DNA from: an uncultured Methanomassiliicoccales archaeon
Lineage (GTDB): Archaea; Thermoplasmatota; Thermoplasmata; Methanomassiliicoccales; UBA472
Assembly (NCBI GenBank): GCA_963695345.1
Contig: OY968769.1
Span: forward strand, 96,001-160,000
Reading direction: 5' to 3'
DNA length: 64,000 bases
Position numbers and translations under genes: made by a program. How positions within the stretch are numbered: the stretch's first letter is position 1; each line of letters starts with the position of its first letter. Positions 21,364-32,556 of this stretch are shown one piece after another. The notes below the pieces were generated by a model. It did no database searches and had not been told where the DNA came from. It saw nothing but the letters and a program-made list of their open reading frames with translations.

Positions 21364-22381
21364 TCAGGTCATTGTGGAGCGGCCTAATGCCTTGATGTTC
21401 TCAATCGGCGCATCGAACGGTATCTCCCCGGCCGAGGTAACGATAAGACCGCTTCCATCACCAGAGGTACTGATCAACTCTGATACCTTTTCCATTATCT
21501 CTTCCGGCCTTGATCGGGCAATGAAATGGGGTTGAATGCCAGCAACGAGGCAACCTCTACCCTTCAGCATGCTCACAGCGCCTGGATACCCTTCCCAATC
21601 GAAGGATGTGTGAATCGCGGTGGGTTTTACCGCATCGAATTGAGCGTCGAGATAGGCTCCCTTCGCACAATTGCTCAGTATCGTCATCAAGCCATTCTGG
21701 TGGAACCTCTCCGCCATTGCCTGGGCATAGTCGATATCGAAGGTCTTTGCCAGCTGGAATTCATTCTGCTCTGAGTCTGCGCTCCCATCTTCGATGAATA
21801 CGATCTCCACTCCGGAATGGTCCTTTAGCAACCGTCCATATTCGATGAGCGAATCGGTGAGCACATTCAGGAGATGATGGGTTCGGCCTGGCTCCATGAT
21901 CTCATCCATTAGAAGGCCGTCGAAACCTCGGACCGAAGCGGCCAAAGTAAACGGGTCGCTCACCTGACCGATGACCGCGACCTCGTTCCCTACCTTCGCG
22001 TTGATGATCTTCGCGGCTTCCAGGGAGGTCGACCAAACCTTGTCTTTGATCGGATCGACGTATTCCAGCCTATCGACCTCCTCTGGTGATAATGGAGCGC
22101 CCCTCGGGTAATCCTCGTCTTTAGGGAATGTTAGTTTGACCCCAAAGGCCTGGGCTTCATTTAACAGGTCGCCCCACCCTACCATGATGTTGTCAAAACC
22201 GAACTCCTGCGTCGCGAGACATATCTTAGCGAATTTGTTTGGGTCCGAATAGGCTTCCCTTATGGTCAGTCCGGTGACCTCCTGAATGCGATTTCCTCCA
22301 CCCAGTTGAATGTGCATGGTCGGGATCCTATCTGGCATATCAAGGCTGAAGGGCAGAGTGGAATCTTTCTTTGGGAGACAT
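21364..22381 (-). CDS. Uroporphyrinogen decarboxylase / MtaA-family protein (+1 frameshift near 22345)
   Basis: MSPKERFHSAL start in the adjacent frame, then PDRIP, EAQAFG, DPFTLAASVRG, APIENIKAL. Confidence 0.8.
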
Positions 22382-22810
22382 GGCAGAAATATTGGAACGG
22401 CCTCGGCTTTAAACCTATGATAGGAGAGCGGCCATGGATGACCTGGAACGATGTTTGTATGTCATCCTGTGTGGATGCATTTTCCCGGATCGCTGTGTTT
22501 CCCTTCTTCATGCTCGGTTTCAGGTTCACTACAAGGACACCCATCTTCCTTCAACTATCATCTGAAAATATCTGAGAAGAGAGTAGAGTTAGACACTTTT
22601 TTAACTATTATTAGATTTAAATAATCTGCATAGCCTGCATACTCAAGTACGATTGACAGGGAATAATTTCACTACATCTAGGACTTTTGATCTTATCCCA
22701 TGTTATCCAACAGTCCATATCGTTCCTTAAACAGTTTATCCAATTTTCCTTTTGACTGAAATCGTATCATTAACGAATTGACAAAAACGGACTGGGAGGT
22801 CCGTTTAGGT

Positions 22811-23236
22811 TTATAAGGTCAAATAGATGTTATATGTTCCACCATCTGCAACTTCTATCGTGGTTGAATCCGAGGAATCTCCCAGACCACCACCGGTTCC
22901 AGTACCGGAAATTGTGATGTTGCCCGATGATCCAGACAGCCAAGCATCATATTGATAGACCTGTGAGCTCAATGCGCTCAGGGTATCCGATCTGATCCAG
23001 TTACCATTGACATATAGATTGATATCAATAACATTCGCGATGTGGGCACTTGTGACGTGGATGTATATGGTTGCTTTGAATTTGTTTGCACCTATATAAC
23101 CACCCATCGACAACGCCAACAAGGCAACGATTACAATCACAACAATGACGACGATACCGATTACGATTTTTGTTTTCTTTTTCTTTGCTGATGGTTGATT
23201 TAGGTTAGAGTTGTTTGATCCGTTCATTATAGTCAT
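22811..23236 (-). CDS. Hypothetical membrane-anchored secreted protein
   Basis: Basic stretch KKKKTK, one TM helix, beta-rich Ser/Gly/Thr ectodomain. Confidence 0.7.
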   Translation of the reverse strand: MTIMNGSNNSNLNQPSAKKKKTKIVIGIVVIVVIVIVALLALSMGGYIGANKFKATIYIHVTSAHIANVIDINLYVNGNWIRSDTLSALSSQVYQYDAWLSGSSGNITISGTGTGGGLGDSSDSTTIEVADGGTYNIYLTL

Positions 23237-23373
23237 CCTTTGTATTTTTATGAAAAGCCTTAGTAAGTCTTCAGATTACACCCAGAATATGGGTGTCTGG
23301 TCGATTCATTCTCCCAGAATAATCGACGGACCTGCTCATATTAATAATGGATGACTTAGCAGATTGTTCTTAC

Positions 23374-23553
23374 ATGAGCGATGCAGATATGAATCCTAAC
23401 AATTTCGATGATGCATCTTCTTTGATAAGTACATCAAATTGAGAAGGAGTCTATTTGATTACAATAACCTGATCGAGCAGCCAGCAATGAGGGCACTATT
23501 GCCTGACCTGAGGGGAAAAGGATGTCGTCGACCTAGACTGCGGATATGGTTCG
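23374..23553 (+). pseudogene. N-terminal fragment of a class I SAM-dependent methyltransferase
   Basis: FFDKYIKLR...NNLIEQPAMRALLPDLRGK and DVVDLDCGYG (motif I) read across frameshifts. Confidence 0.65.
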
Positions 23554-23560
23554 AATTTCG

Positions 23561-23680
23561 TTCTTCTTATCGAGCAGAATATCTGGCTGGGTAGCCCATG
23601 TGATCGAACAGTTTGAGGATGCGGTTCTCTTCGTCCGTCCCAAGTTTATGTTGGAGAGTACGGAAAGGCATACATCCCCA
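23561..23680 (+). pseudogene. C-terminal fragment of citrate synthase, paralogous to about 43951-44068
   Basis: SSRISGWVAHVIEQFEDA; DNA tcgagcagaatatctggctgggt is shared with the full gene. Confidence 0.8.
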
Positions 23681-23807
23681 TCTAGCAATGATGAACTTAA
23701 GCACACGAATCGTTATCATGATCAAATCGTCCATTTTTATTCGGATGGAAAAGGATATTTTTCGTTTCCTAATCTGGTAGCCGCTGGTTCAGTAGATTAG
23801 GTTATTT

Positions 23808-25271
23808 TCAAAGCTCAGACCGGTTTTCATTTCCAAGGCTAGGATTGGACCTCAGAATGGCCCAAATTTTGTAAGGAGTGAACCGTTCGAATAGGCAGAT
23901 CACCGTCAGAACGGTAATGGCGAATATTCCTAAGAGCAACAGGAAGGAGAGCAGGCTTGGAACTGGGAACTGAACAAACCGGACCATTGAGACAGTTGCG
24001 ATTCCGGAGCAGGCCAGTAAGAACGGATAGATCAGAAGGGGATAGACCTCGTTCGCTTCGGTATGCATGATGCTTTTTATCGCATTTAGAGAAAGAAATA
24101 GCACTGGGATGGAACTAAACAAGACCGCTATCGATACACCCACCAGACCATAGTATGATATCAGGGGGAAGAACAGGACCAGAAGCAGGATCACCTGAAC
24201 GAATTGAAGCCTGGAATATATACGAGGCTTGCCGACTGCCATGAACAAAGCGGCCGCTGCCTCTCCCAAGCCTCGGATTAGGCCCCACCAGGCCAGTATT
24301 TGGATCAATGGTATTATGGGCGACCAGCTGTCACCCAGGAAAAACAGGGTGAAGTCGGGCGCCAGAGCTACCAGGAAACCGATCAGCAGGAAAGAGAAGA
24401 AGGAGGTCAGCTTGAGCGTCCTCAGGAAGAGGTGCTTCAACTGAACCAGGTCGTCCTGCAGCTTTGAATAAACGGGAAACGCCACCTGAGAGAACATCTG
24501 ACTTATCTCAGTGGAGGGGGTGTTTGAGAAACCGTAGGCCATTTGATAAAAGCCCAGGGCGGCGACTCCCAATATTCGACCTACCAGGATGTCATCCCCC
24601 TGGATCAATATGAACACCAGGGCCGATGACACCAGTATCCATCTCCCGTAATTCGAGAGGTCACGGACCTTCCTCAGGTCGAAATTGAGCTTGGGTCGGT
24701 AGGGGTGGATGACATAGCTCAATACCAGAAGGGTCAGGTCCTTGGCGATGAGACCGAACACCAAAGCCCAGACATTCTGGAAGATGAGGACGGCTGTCAT
24801 GCATACTATAAAATCAGCCAGTGTGCCGCTGAACCGGAAGAGGAACTGTTTCCGGAAATCCAGGTCCTTAAGGAAAAAGAATGTGCCTGGGTTGGTCAGC
24901 CCTTGGAATATCAGTGAGATCCCGATCACCTGGAGCACGGGAACTGCCTCGAGCGTGCCAAAGAACTCAGCTATGAGAGGCGCCAGCAGGAAGAGTGCGA
25001 CGAACAGTAGGGCCCCTCGAACGGCCAGAACGGTCCAGACAGCGTCGAGGTCCGTGGTGATGTCGGACTTCTTGTGTACCAAGGCCTGCTGCAACCCGGT
25101 CTGGGAAAAGACGTCCAGACCATACATGGTGAGAACCGCGATGCCTAGGAGACCGAAGTCAGAAGGAAGTAGGAGATGAGCGAGAACAATTAGACGGGCC
25201 AAGGTGAGTATCTGCTGTATGGCGTTAGTGCCAAAGGACCACAGGCTGCCTCGGAACATCTTCCGGCCCAT
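23808..25271 (-). CDS. Polysaccharide flippase (Wzx/PST family)
   Basis: About 12 TM helices; LAHLLLPSDFGL, GDDILVGRILG, LGFYQMAY. Confidence 0.88.
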   Translation of the reverse strand: MGRKMFRGSLWSFGTNAIQQILTLARLIVLAHLLLPSDFGLLGIAVLTMYGLDVFSQTGLQQALVHKKSDITTDLDAVWTVLAVRGALLFVALFLLAPLIAEFFGTLEAVPVLQVIGISLIFQGLTNPGTFFFLKDLDFRKQFLFRFSGTLADFIVCMTAVLIFQNVWALVFGLIAKDLTLLVLSYVIHPYRPKLNFDLRKVRDLSNYGRWILVSSALVFILIQGDDILVGRILGVAALGFYQMAYGFSNTPSTEISQMFSQVAFPVYSKLQDDLVQLKHLFLRTLKLTSFFSFLLIGFLVALAPDFTLFFLGDSWSPIIPLIQILAWWGLIRGLGEAAAALFMAVGKPRIYSRLQFVQVILLLVLFFPLISYYGLVGVSIAVLFSSIPVLFLSLNAIKSIMHTEANEVYPLLIYPFLLACSGIATVSMVRFVQFPVPSLLSFLLLLGIFAITVLTVICLFERFTPYKIWAILRSNPSLGNENRSEL

Positions 25272-25640
25272 GGAGTGGTTCTCAGCTTGGTCTGTACCAG
25301 AGTGGTGAGTCGAACTCCTCCTATTCCCTGCCAGCCATCCTGTGATCCGCCCTATATGTTTCCCTCTTCCCTTTTACCCGGCTCACCTATATATATTCAG
25401 GCTTGTGATCGATAAGAATTCGGATATCCAGGAGTTCCATTTTCAATCGATCTGGTCAAATGGATGACCATTAACATTCAAACTGGATGTTGAAGATCGG
25501 GTTACGTGTTCTCGGATGTAGGTTGAATTCTTGATTACGATTCACTCAATAATTAATTCGAACCATTGAGAGTAAGGGGCGTCGAGCATGATCACACGAT
25601 GGTGATAAGTCCAACTGCCTTCGTAAGAGGGAAAATCCGA

Positions 25641-25808
25641 TCAAGCGGATTTCCTCTTCACCTTCCCGATTTCTTCCTGAACCTTACCTTCGACCTGTTG
25701 AAGCTTGCCTTTGACCTGTTCTGATTTATTACCAGTCAATTTGCCTACTTCCTCACGTACCTGTCCCTCGACCTGTTTGACTTTTCCTTTCACTTCATCA
25801 TTGCCCAT
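25641..25808 (-). CDS. CsbD-family stress protein (55 aa; below the ORF-track cutoff)
   Basis: MGNDEVKGKVKQVEGQVREEVGKLTGNKSEQVKGKLQQVEGKVQEEIGKVKRKSA*. Confidence 0.85.
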   Translation of the reverse strand: MGNDEVKGKVKQVEGQVREEVGKLTGNKSEQVKGKLQQVEGKVQEEIGKVKRKSA

Positions 25809-26433
25809 GATCGTTCAACTTAGCCATGGCATTATAAAGGAATGGTGTCGATTGCTCACGCATTACGACAAATCTCGCTTGAAACGATGTGGAGCCACGT
25901 CCTCGAGAAGTCCCATGACATCGATGAGGATGATTCAAGGCAGAAAATGCTTGATGATGAGATAGCTGCGTCGGAGGAGGGTTCATGCGCTGTTGGGATG
26001 AAATAAAGGAAGGTGGAAAGAAGCACAAAAGATAACGAATATTAGGAAAAGGCATCGGTGGAATTGGTTAAGGAACAATATACGAAGGATTAGAATATCC
26101 TTATCAGTTTAGCGAGTTTTCATAATCTGGCATAAGCTTATGTCGATAAGCAAGTAAGATCGCTGATATCACAATAGTAATGCCATCCAAGTTATTTTGT
26201 CAGATCTTATCTGGCACCACTTCTACCCGGCGGACTAGGTCGAGCAATAGTATTTATAGCCAAGCCGAGCTAGGAATGAATCAAGATTAGATCGGCCCTT
26301 TCATCCAGCAGCCCGATCTTCTTCCTTAGAATCGACTGAAACTTGGTTCCTTTGAACCTTAATTGTCCTTCTCAACGAGCAGAATTCCAATTCTGGAACG
26401 AATCACCAACCGCACATCCTCGAAAGAGCATAA

Positions 26434-26844
26434 ATGGACGAAAGCAACATGAACTGTGAAGATTCCATAATTCTCCTCATTTACAGAAACCGCTCACATT
26501 TGAATGACCGTCGCTTGCCCTTCGAGGTGTGTCGTAAAGGAATCGGGGCGACAGAAGGCTTTTCCGTGATCCAGGTCTCAGAAGGAGTTCACAAACTCGA
26601 ATGCTCTGGATTCGTATTCGGTGAGAAAAGGTACGTAGAAACACGCCGTGGTCCCTGCATGGCTTATTCACTGACCCCTCTCGGGACGCTACGAGCCAAG
26701 ATCCTTGGATCATCAAACTACGTTCCTCCAAAATCGATCCCGGTCAAGGCAGAAAGGGTTGAGGACATTGCCCTTTTGAACCGACGATCAATAGCATTAA
26801 TCACGAAGTCTTTGTCACGAAAGATCGGTGGAAAGCACAGATAA
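26434..26844 (+). CDS. Hypothetical winged-helix protein
   Basis: PFEVCRKGI...VSEGVHKL...YSLTPLG wing motif. Confidence 0.55.
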   Translation: MDESNMNCEDSIILLIYRNRSHLNDRRLPFEVCRKGIGATEGFSVIQVSEGVHKLECSGFVFGEKRYVETRRGPCMAYSLTPLGTLRAKILGSSNYVPPKSIPVKAERVEDIALLNRRSIALITKSLSRKIGGKHR

Positions 26845-27336
26845 GCTGAATCATTCACAATGGCTGTAATGCCAGTAGTTATGATCCGGTCATGACTGCA
26901 TGGACCGATACATGAAGCATCAATGTACCAATAGCCTTTGACATCCCTGCATCAGACCAATGAATAATCTATGAAATCATTCCTTGCCAAAGGTCGATTT
27001 CTTGATGCAGTCTATCTTCTTCAACCATTTCCAATCGACACCGATATCGAATAAACCCAAAATGGCGATAAGGATGTTGAACGCAACACCACTCGATTCC
27101 AATACACGATTATTTTGGTGGCCATTAACATGACGCCTGAAGGATTTTGGCTGGTGATAATTTCTCTTGACTGCTCTTTTCACCTTACAGTTTCAGAAAA
27201 TCATCATGCTGATGCGGATCCTGAAGAAATGGCATCATATAACGACAATACACTATCCGCGAAATGGGTTAATTGGCTATTTAAGTAACTATTTATAGAA
27301 GTGCTAATCTAGTGTTGGTCTAGTAGGAGTCAACTG

Positions 27337-28984
27337 ATGTCGAGTGGTCAACAGATTATCATTCTTAGGGAAGGTACCGAGAGGACTAAGAATAGGGACG
27401 CGCAGACGAACAACATCGCTGCTGCCCGCGCCGTCGCTGACGCGGTAAGATCGACCTTAGGGCCCAAGGGAATGGACAAGATGCTGGTCGATTCTATGGG
27501 AGACGTCGTCATCACCAACGATGGGGTCACTATACTGAAGGAGATTGACATACAGCATCCCGCGGCAAAGATGGTCGTCGAGGTCGCGAAGACCCTAGAT
27601 AGCGAGTGCGGAGATGGGACGACATCTTCAGTCATTATGGCAGGTGAACTTCTAAAGAATGCGGAATCACTCATCGAACAGCATATTCATCCTACAATAA
27701 TCGCGAACGGGTATAAGTTGGCGGCCGCTGAGGCATTGAAGGTATTGGATACTATTGCCGTCCCCGTCGCCGCCGAGGATGTTGAGATGCTCACCAAAGT
27801 CGCTATGACCGCCATGACCGGCAAGAGCGTGGGCGGACAGAGGGACTTCCTCTCCGACCTGAGCGTCCAGGCCATCAAGGCCATCGCCGAGAAGAACAGC
27901 GCTGGCAAGTGGACCGTCGACGTCGACAACATCAAGGTGGAGAAGAAGACCGGCGGATCGATCGCCGACACCGAGATCATCAAGGGCATCGTGCTCGACA
28001 AGGAGCGCGTGCACCCGAGGATGGCCAAGGTCGTCAAGAAGGCCAAGATCGCCCTGCTCTCCGCCGCTCTCGAGATCAAGAAGACCGAGGTCGAGGCCAA
28101 GATCCAGATAACCGATCCGTCCCAGATGCAGCGCTTCCTCGATCAGGAAGAGGCGACCCTGAAGAGGATGGCCGACAAGATCAAGGCCGCAGGCGCCAAC
28201 GTCGTCTTCTGCCAGAAGGGCATCGACGACCTGGTGCAGCACTACCTGGCAAAGCAGGATATCTTCGCTGTCAGGCGCCTCAAGGAATCCGACATGGAAA
28301 AGATCTCCAAGGCCACCGGGGCCAACGTCGTCGGCAACATCGACGAGCTGAGCGCCACGGACCTCGGGAGTGGCTGGCATGGTGGAAGAGAAGAAGATAG
28401 GGGAGTCTGAGATGACCCTCATAACAGATTGTAAGAACCCGAAGGCGGTTTCTGTCATCATCCGGGGCGGTACGGAACATGTCATCGACGAGGTCGAGCG
28501 GGCATTGCATGACTCGCTTCGCGTTGTCGGAATCGCGCTGGAGGACGGTAAGGTCGTCCCGGGCGGAGGAGCCCCTGAGATCGAGCTGTCCCTCAGGCTC
28601 GCATCCTATGCCTCCACCGTCGGAGGAAGGGAGCAGCTGGCCATCGAGGCCTTCGCCAACGCCATGGAGATCATCCCAAAGGCGCTAGCTGGGAATGGCG
28701 GACTCGACATCATCGACGTCGTCATCCAGCTGAAGAGCGCGCACGAGAAGAAGAACGGCAAGAACATGGGCATCAACCTGGACACCGGCAAGCCGGACGA
28801 CATGCTGAAGCTCAACGTCATCGAGCCGCTCCGCGTCAAGACCCAGGCGGTCAAGTCGGCCACAGAGGTCGCCAACATGATCCTGAGGATCGACGACGTC
28901 ATCGCCTCCAGGAAGGCACCCCCGATGCCGCCAGGCGCACAGGGTGGAATGCCGCCGGGAATGGGCATGCCAGACATGATGTAA
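27337..28984 (+). CDS. Thermosome (group II chaperonin) subunit (+1 frameshift near 28368)
   Basis: [41 protein letters not shown] and GGM tail, split over two ORFs. Confidence 0.95.
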
Positions 28985-29130
28985 GCACGCCATCCAAGCG
29001 CAAACCCCTTACTAGCCCCTTTTTCCACTAGTTAGTAAGAAATGTCCTCAAATGGACGTTCGAAATGCTGGGCCGGGTTCGTCCAGTAACGAAATCGAGC
29101 ATGCAAGCTTAATTCTTCCCCGCTCTCATT

Positions 29131-29700
29131 CTAACCCCGTTTGCTCTTCCTGTAGCCTTTGCCCACAGACCATGCCGTACCGGAACGGGCACCGAGTTTA
29201 TAGTAACCTTTGTCGGGCATCGAGAACAGCATGGGATCCACCTTCGTTAGATCCAGCTGCCCGCCCACCAGGCAATCATCATCGACATAGGTGTTCACGA
29301 TCCTCCCGATGAAAATGTCGTAGTTGGGGAAGTCCACCGTCTTTAGGAGCTCACACTCCATATTGACCTTGCATTCCTTTATCAGGGGTGCTCCGGTCTT
29401 TCCATAGAATGCATCGAACAAAGCAGATTTGTCCTCGTCCTTGCCGCTCACGAGCCCCACGTGGTCGGTCACTTCCATCAACGCCGTCGATGGGATGTTT
29501 ACCGAGAATGCTCCGCTCTTTTTGATCCCTTGGTTGGTGTGGTGGGCCTTGTTCATCCCCAAAGATATCGAGGTCAGGTCCATTATGCCCACGTGGGCGA
29601 TGGCGATGTAGTTCGGCCTTCCCTCGATCATCGTTCCCACTATGGTGGTAGGCAACGGGTATAGGAGGTTCTTCACCCCGAGTTCGGTCTTCATGACCAT
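29131..29700 (-). CDS. Flavin reductase family protein (flavoredoxin)
   Basis: LYPLPTTIVG, FSVNIPS, GLVSGKDEDK, APLIKEC, AWSVGK. Confidence 0.88.
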   Translation of the reverse strand: MVMKTELGVKNLLYPLPTTIVGTMIEGRPNYIAIAHVGIMDLTSISLGMNKAHHTNQGIKKSGAFSVNIPSTALMEVTDHVGLVSGKDEDKSALFDAFYGKTGAPLIKECKVNMECELLKTVDFPNYDIFIGRIVNTYVDDDCLVGGQLDLTKVDPMLFSMPDKGYYKLGARSGTAWSVGKGYRKSKRG

Positions 29701-29920
29701 AATAATAAATGGCCGATAAATAAATATTGACCTTGACCTAAACCGGTTCACTGGTTTGAATGAATTCAAGCCAGCATACTACGTTTTGCGTTGCAATCTA
29801 GGCTTCACTTCACTTTTATTGCTGTTCGGAGAATGGCGCTTTTTGCGGTGGCCGAATAGCCACCGATTGCGTTGAAACTTCAATTGCATTTCGTTTCTTT
29901 CTTAGCATCTTTGGCAGACT

Positions 29921-30196
29921 TCAAACCTTTTTCCTTGCATTGATTATTACTATCTTGACATCTTCAGACCAGCTGTCATCTTTTGTTCCAGACAATGGTC
30001 TTCCGGTTGGCATCATGTTCTTGGGAACGTGTTCTGATCCCTTCAGTTCCTTGCTTACAATTTTTCTAAAACAGATATTCTGATTATCACCCTTACAATA
30101 CGCTCTGACAAATCCTGCCAAAGCCAATTTTCTAGAGTCATCGTTCGAGAATACCTTCATGAATTCACAGGTGGACAATTTTTCACAATCTGTCAT
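29921..30196 (-). CDS. Small 4-Cys hypothetical protein
   Basis: CEKLSTC...YCKG...CFR...VPKNMMPTG. Confidence 0.7.
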   Translation of the reverse strand: MTDCEKLSTCEFMKVFSNDDSRKLALAGFVRAYCKGDNQNICFRKIVSKELKGSEHVPKNMMPTGRPLSGTKDDSWSEDVKIVIINARKKV

Positions 30197-30653
30197 TTCC
30201 CAACATGTCTCCTTTTTTAAAAAAATGCCATATTTAAATATTTAATGGCCTTGATGCAAAATCCTATTTTGATTATTAGAGCGATATAGTCTATTTAGAG
30301 AGATTCTAAGAAGAACTACCGGGCAGATGTCAGGCATCGAGACCGCCCCTATCGTCCGATCCAGGCATTCAAAAAGAAAGATGTTCCAGGAAAAACCGAG
30401 AGACCCAGACATCTCAGTATTCTTAAGAATGCTCTTATGAGAAGTCTATTTAATTATCGATCTACCCCAACAACAAAAATGCTAGGCTGCGGTTTACCTC
30501 GTGTCACGGATTCTTACGACCCAAGAATCCACTAGCGTATTGGCAACAATGATACTGGGCATGGCAGCAAACTCAAGACAAAGTCGTTGAAGCGTTGCCA
30601 TTTGATGGTCACAGTAAAATTATAAACGCATTCAGCCTTCAATCATTGGGAAA

Positions 30654-31202
30654 ATGATAATCGCGGTCAATGCTTCCACGTACAAGGATGGGTCAGGCGA
30701 GACCATCATGAATGCGGTGGCCGAAGGCGCCAGAGAGAACGGGAAAGTGGTCAAGATATTCAATCTGAACGAGCTCGGCCCGCTTACGGAATGTCAGAAC
30801 TGCGGCTCCTGCAGAGAGACCGGGATTTGCAGGCTCAACGATACTATCGCGGAAATAATGGGTGATATCCGCGACTGCGAGGGATTGATCCAATCTACGC
30901 CGATCAGTTTCAATGTCGAGAACGGACTTTACCGGATATTCCAGAACCGATTCTTCAGTTTCATGGACAGGAACTTTTCCACCACGATCCCCAAGGGGAA
31001 GAAACTGGTGACCATTGTGACCTGCGGCCTGGATAAGGATGCGGCCGAAAACGTTTCGAAAAGACTGGAAAAGACCCTGGAGCAGCACTTCTTCTTTGAG
31101 CCGATCGGACGGATCGTGTGCTGCACTTTCTTCGACCATGATATGGCGAAGAATGACGATGCCTTGATGGAGAAAGCCAGGACGATGGGCCTCAAACTGT
31201 GA
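30654..31202 (+). CDS. Iron-sulfur flavoprotein (Isf-like flavodoxin family)
   Basis: Compact CQNCGSCRETGIC motif within a flavodoxin fold. Confidence 0.85.
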   Translation: MIIAVNASTYKDGSGETIMNAVAEGARENGKVVKIFNLNELGPLTECQNCGSCRETGICRLNDTIAEIMGDIRDCEGLIQSTPISFNVENGLYRIFQNRFFSFMDRNFSTTIPKGKKLVTIVTCGLDKDAAENVSKRLEKTLEQHFFFEPIGRIVCCTFFDHDMAKNDDALMEKARTMGLKL

Positions 31203-31334
31203 TCTTCTGGATGAATAAATCCACTCGATTCCTCTTTGATTCTATTCAATACATGATTGTTAAAAAAACTGAAAGGGGGAAGGTGTGAACTTCCCCCGGT
31301 TTTCAAATTACTACTCCTTGTCCGATCGGATTCA

Positions 31335-32516
31335 TCACATCCCAGTGTGCGTGCTGCCCGTCTGCAGCGTACCGGCGCTGGTCACGGTGAAGGATGTGCA
31401 CAGACCATACGCGTCGAACGTGCCGTCGACACTCCCGCCGACATACACCTTGTAGGTATCGCCACTACCCAGTTCAGGCGAGCTGAAGATGAACGATGCA
31501 CAGCTGGCCAAGGTCTTGAACGCCACTACCGGGTTCCCGGACTGATCGAGGACATAGACCAGCTTGTTAGCGCTTACGGTGATGGAGAAGCTGAAATCGA
31601 TGCAGGTCTGGTCGGACGCACTGCTGGCTCCGTCGTGCATAAGAGCCGTGGCCAAGACCAGCCCTCCGTTGATGATCGTTCCCAGGTCGGAATCCAAACC
31701 GCTGTTCTGGCCATTGGAGAAGCCATAGACCGTTCCGCCATTGATGATGATGTACCCGTTTGAATCGATACCGTCACCGTCGGCGCTTCCGGAGGCGTCA
31801 GCGTATACCGTTCCCCCGTTGATGGTAATGACGCTCACCCCGTCCTCGTTGGCGTTTATCGCGTCCTCCGCCGAGGATATGGATATGTTGCCGCTGTTGA
31901 TAGTGAGATGCATGCAAGATTCGATCCCTTCGAACTCAGACTCGATGTCCAGACTTCCGTTCCCTTCTATCAATAGGGAGATGTCCGAGCTTATTGCGCC
32001 GTCATTGTCGGTGCTATGCGAACCGACGATGGAGTTCGTCGTCCCATCGGCGAGGCGGATGGTCACGCCGGCGTCACCGGCAATCTCCGGGTCATACGCA
32101 TTATGGACCAGTATGGCCGGGGCTGAGCTGCATGACAGGGTGATCCCGTCAAGGATGAGGACTACTTCGTCGCTGTCGTCGGCGTTCACGAATATCTGAG
32201 TTTCGTCGGCCGATCCGCTTATGGAATATACACCGGCCTGGACTATGTCAATGATGGCGATCCCGGAACTGGACGACAAGTATACCGCGGACGTGGAATC
32301 CGATGTTATGGCTGAACCATTGACGGTTACAGTGGTACCGAGAACGATGCTGGAGGTCACGCTTTTGTCCGCAGTGGTGTCTATAGCGGAATCGTCGCTG
32401 CTTTGACCATCGTTTTCATTTGAACCAGCATCGTTCCTGATGAAAGCGACCGCACCGATGAACGCTGCCAATATCACCAGGACTACGGCAATTGTTGCCA
32501 ATTTCTTCTTTGACAT
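31335..32516 (-). CDS. Secreted beta-helix carbohydrate-binding protein (Cthe_2159/DUF4353-like)
   Basis: N-terminal TM; LTINSGNISI, EDAINAN, GDGIDSNG, IIINGGTV repeats. Confidence 0.82.
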   Translation of the reverse strand: MSKKKLATIAVVLVILAAFIGAVAFIRNDAGSNENDGQSSDDSAIDTTADKSVTSSIVLGTTVTVNGSAITSDSTSAVYLSSSSGIAIIDIVQAGVYSISGSADETQIFVNADDSDEVVLILDGITLSCSSAPAILVHNAYDPEIAGDAGVTIRLADGTTNSIVGSHSTDNDGAISSDISLLIEGNGSLDIESEFEGIESCMHLTINSGNISISSAEDAINANEDGVSVITINGGTVYADASGSADGDGIDSNGYIIINGGTVYGFSNGQNSGLDSDLGTIINGGLVLATALMHDGASSASDQTCIDFSFSITVSANKLVYVLDQSGNPVVAFKTLASCASFIFSSPELGSGDTYKVYVGGSVDGTFDAYGLCTSFTVTSAGTLQTGSTHTGM

Positions 32517-32556
32517 GGGCTCACTCTGATTTGTCTGTTTGACTGATAACTAAACT

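Noticed and set aside
28360-28380. Programmed frameshift in the thermosome gene
   Set aside because: No slippery heptamer; it shares the +1 pattern of eleven other genes, which favours sequencing error
30480-30605. Two hairpins (ggattctt/aagaatcc; atggcagc/gttgccat) upstream of the Isf gene as a riboswitch or ncRNA
   Set aside because: No recognisable aptamer consensus; an Rfam/Infernal search would be needed
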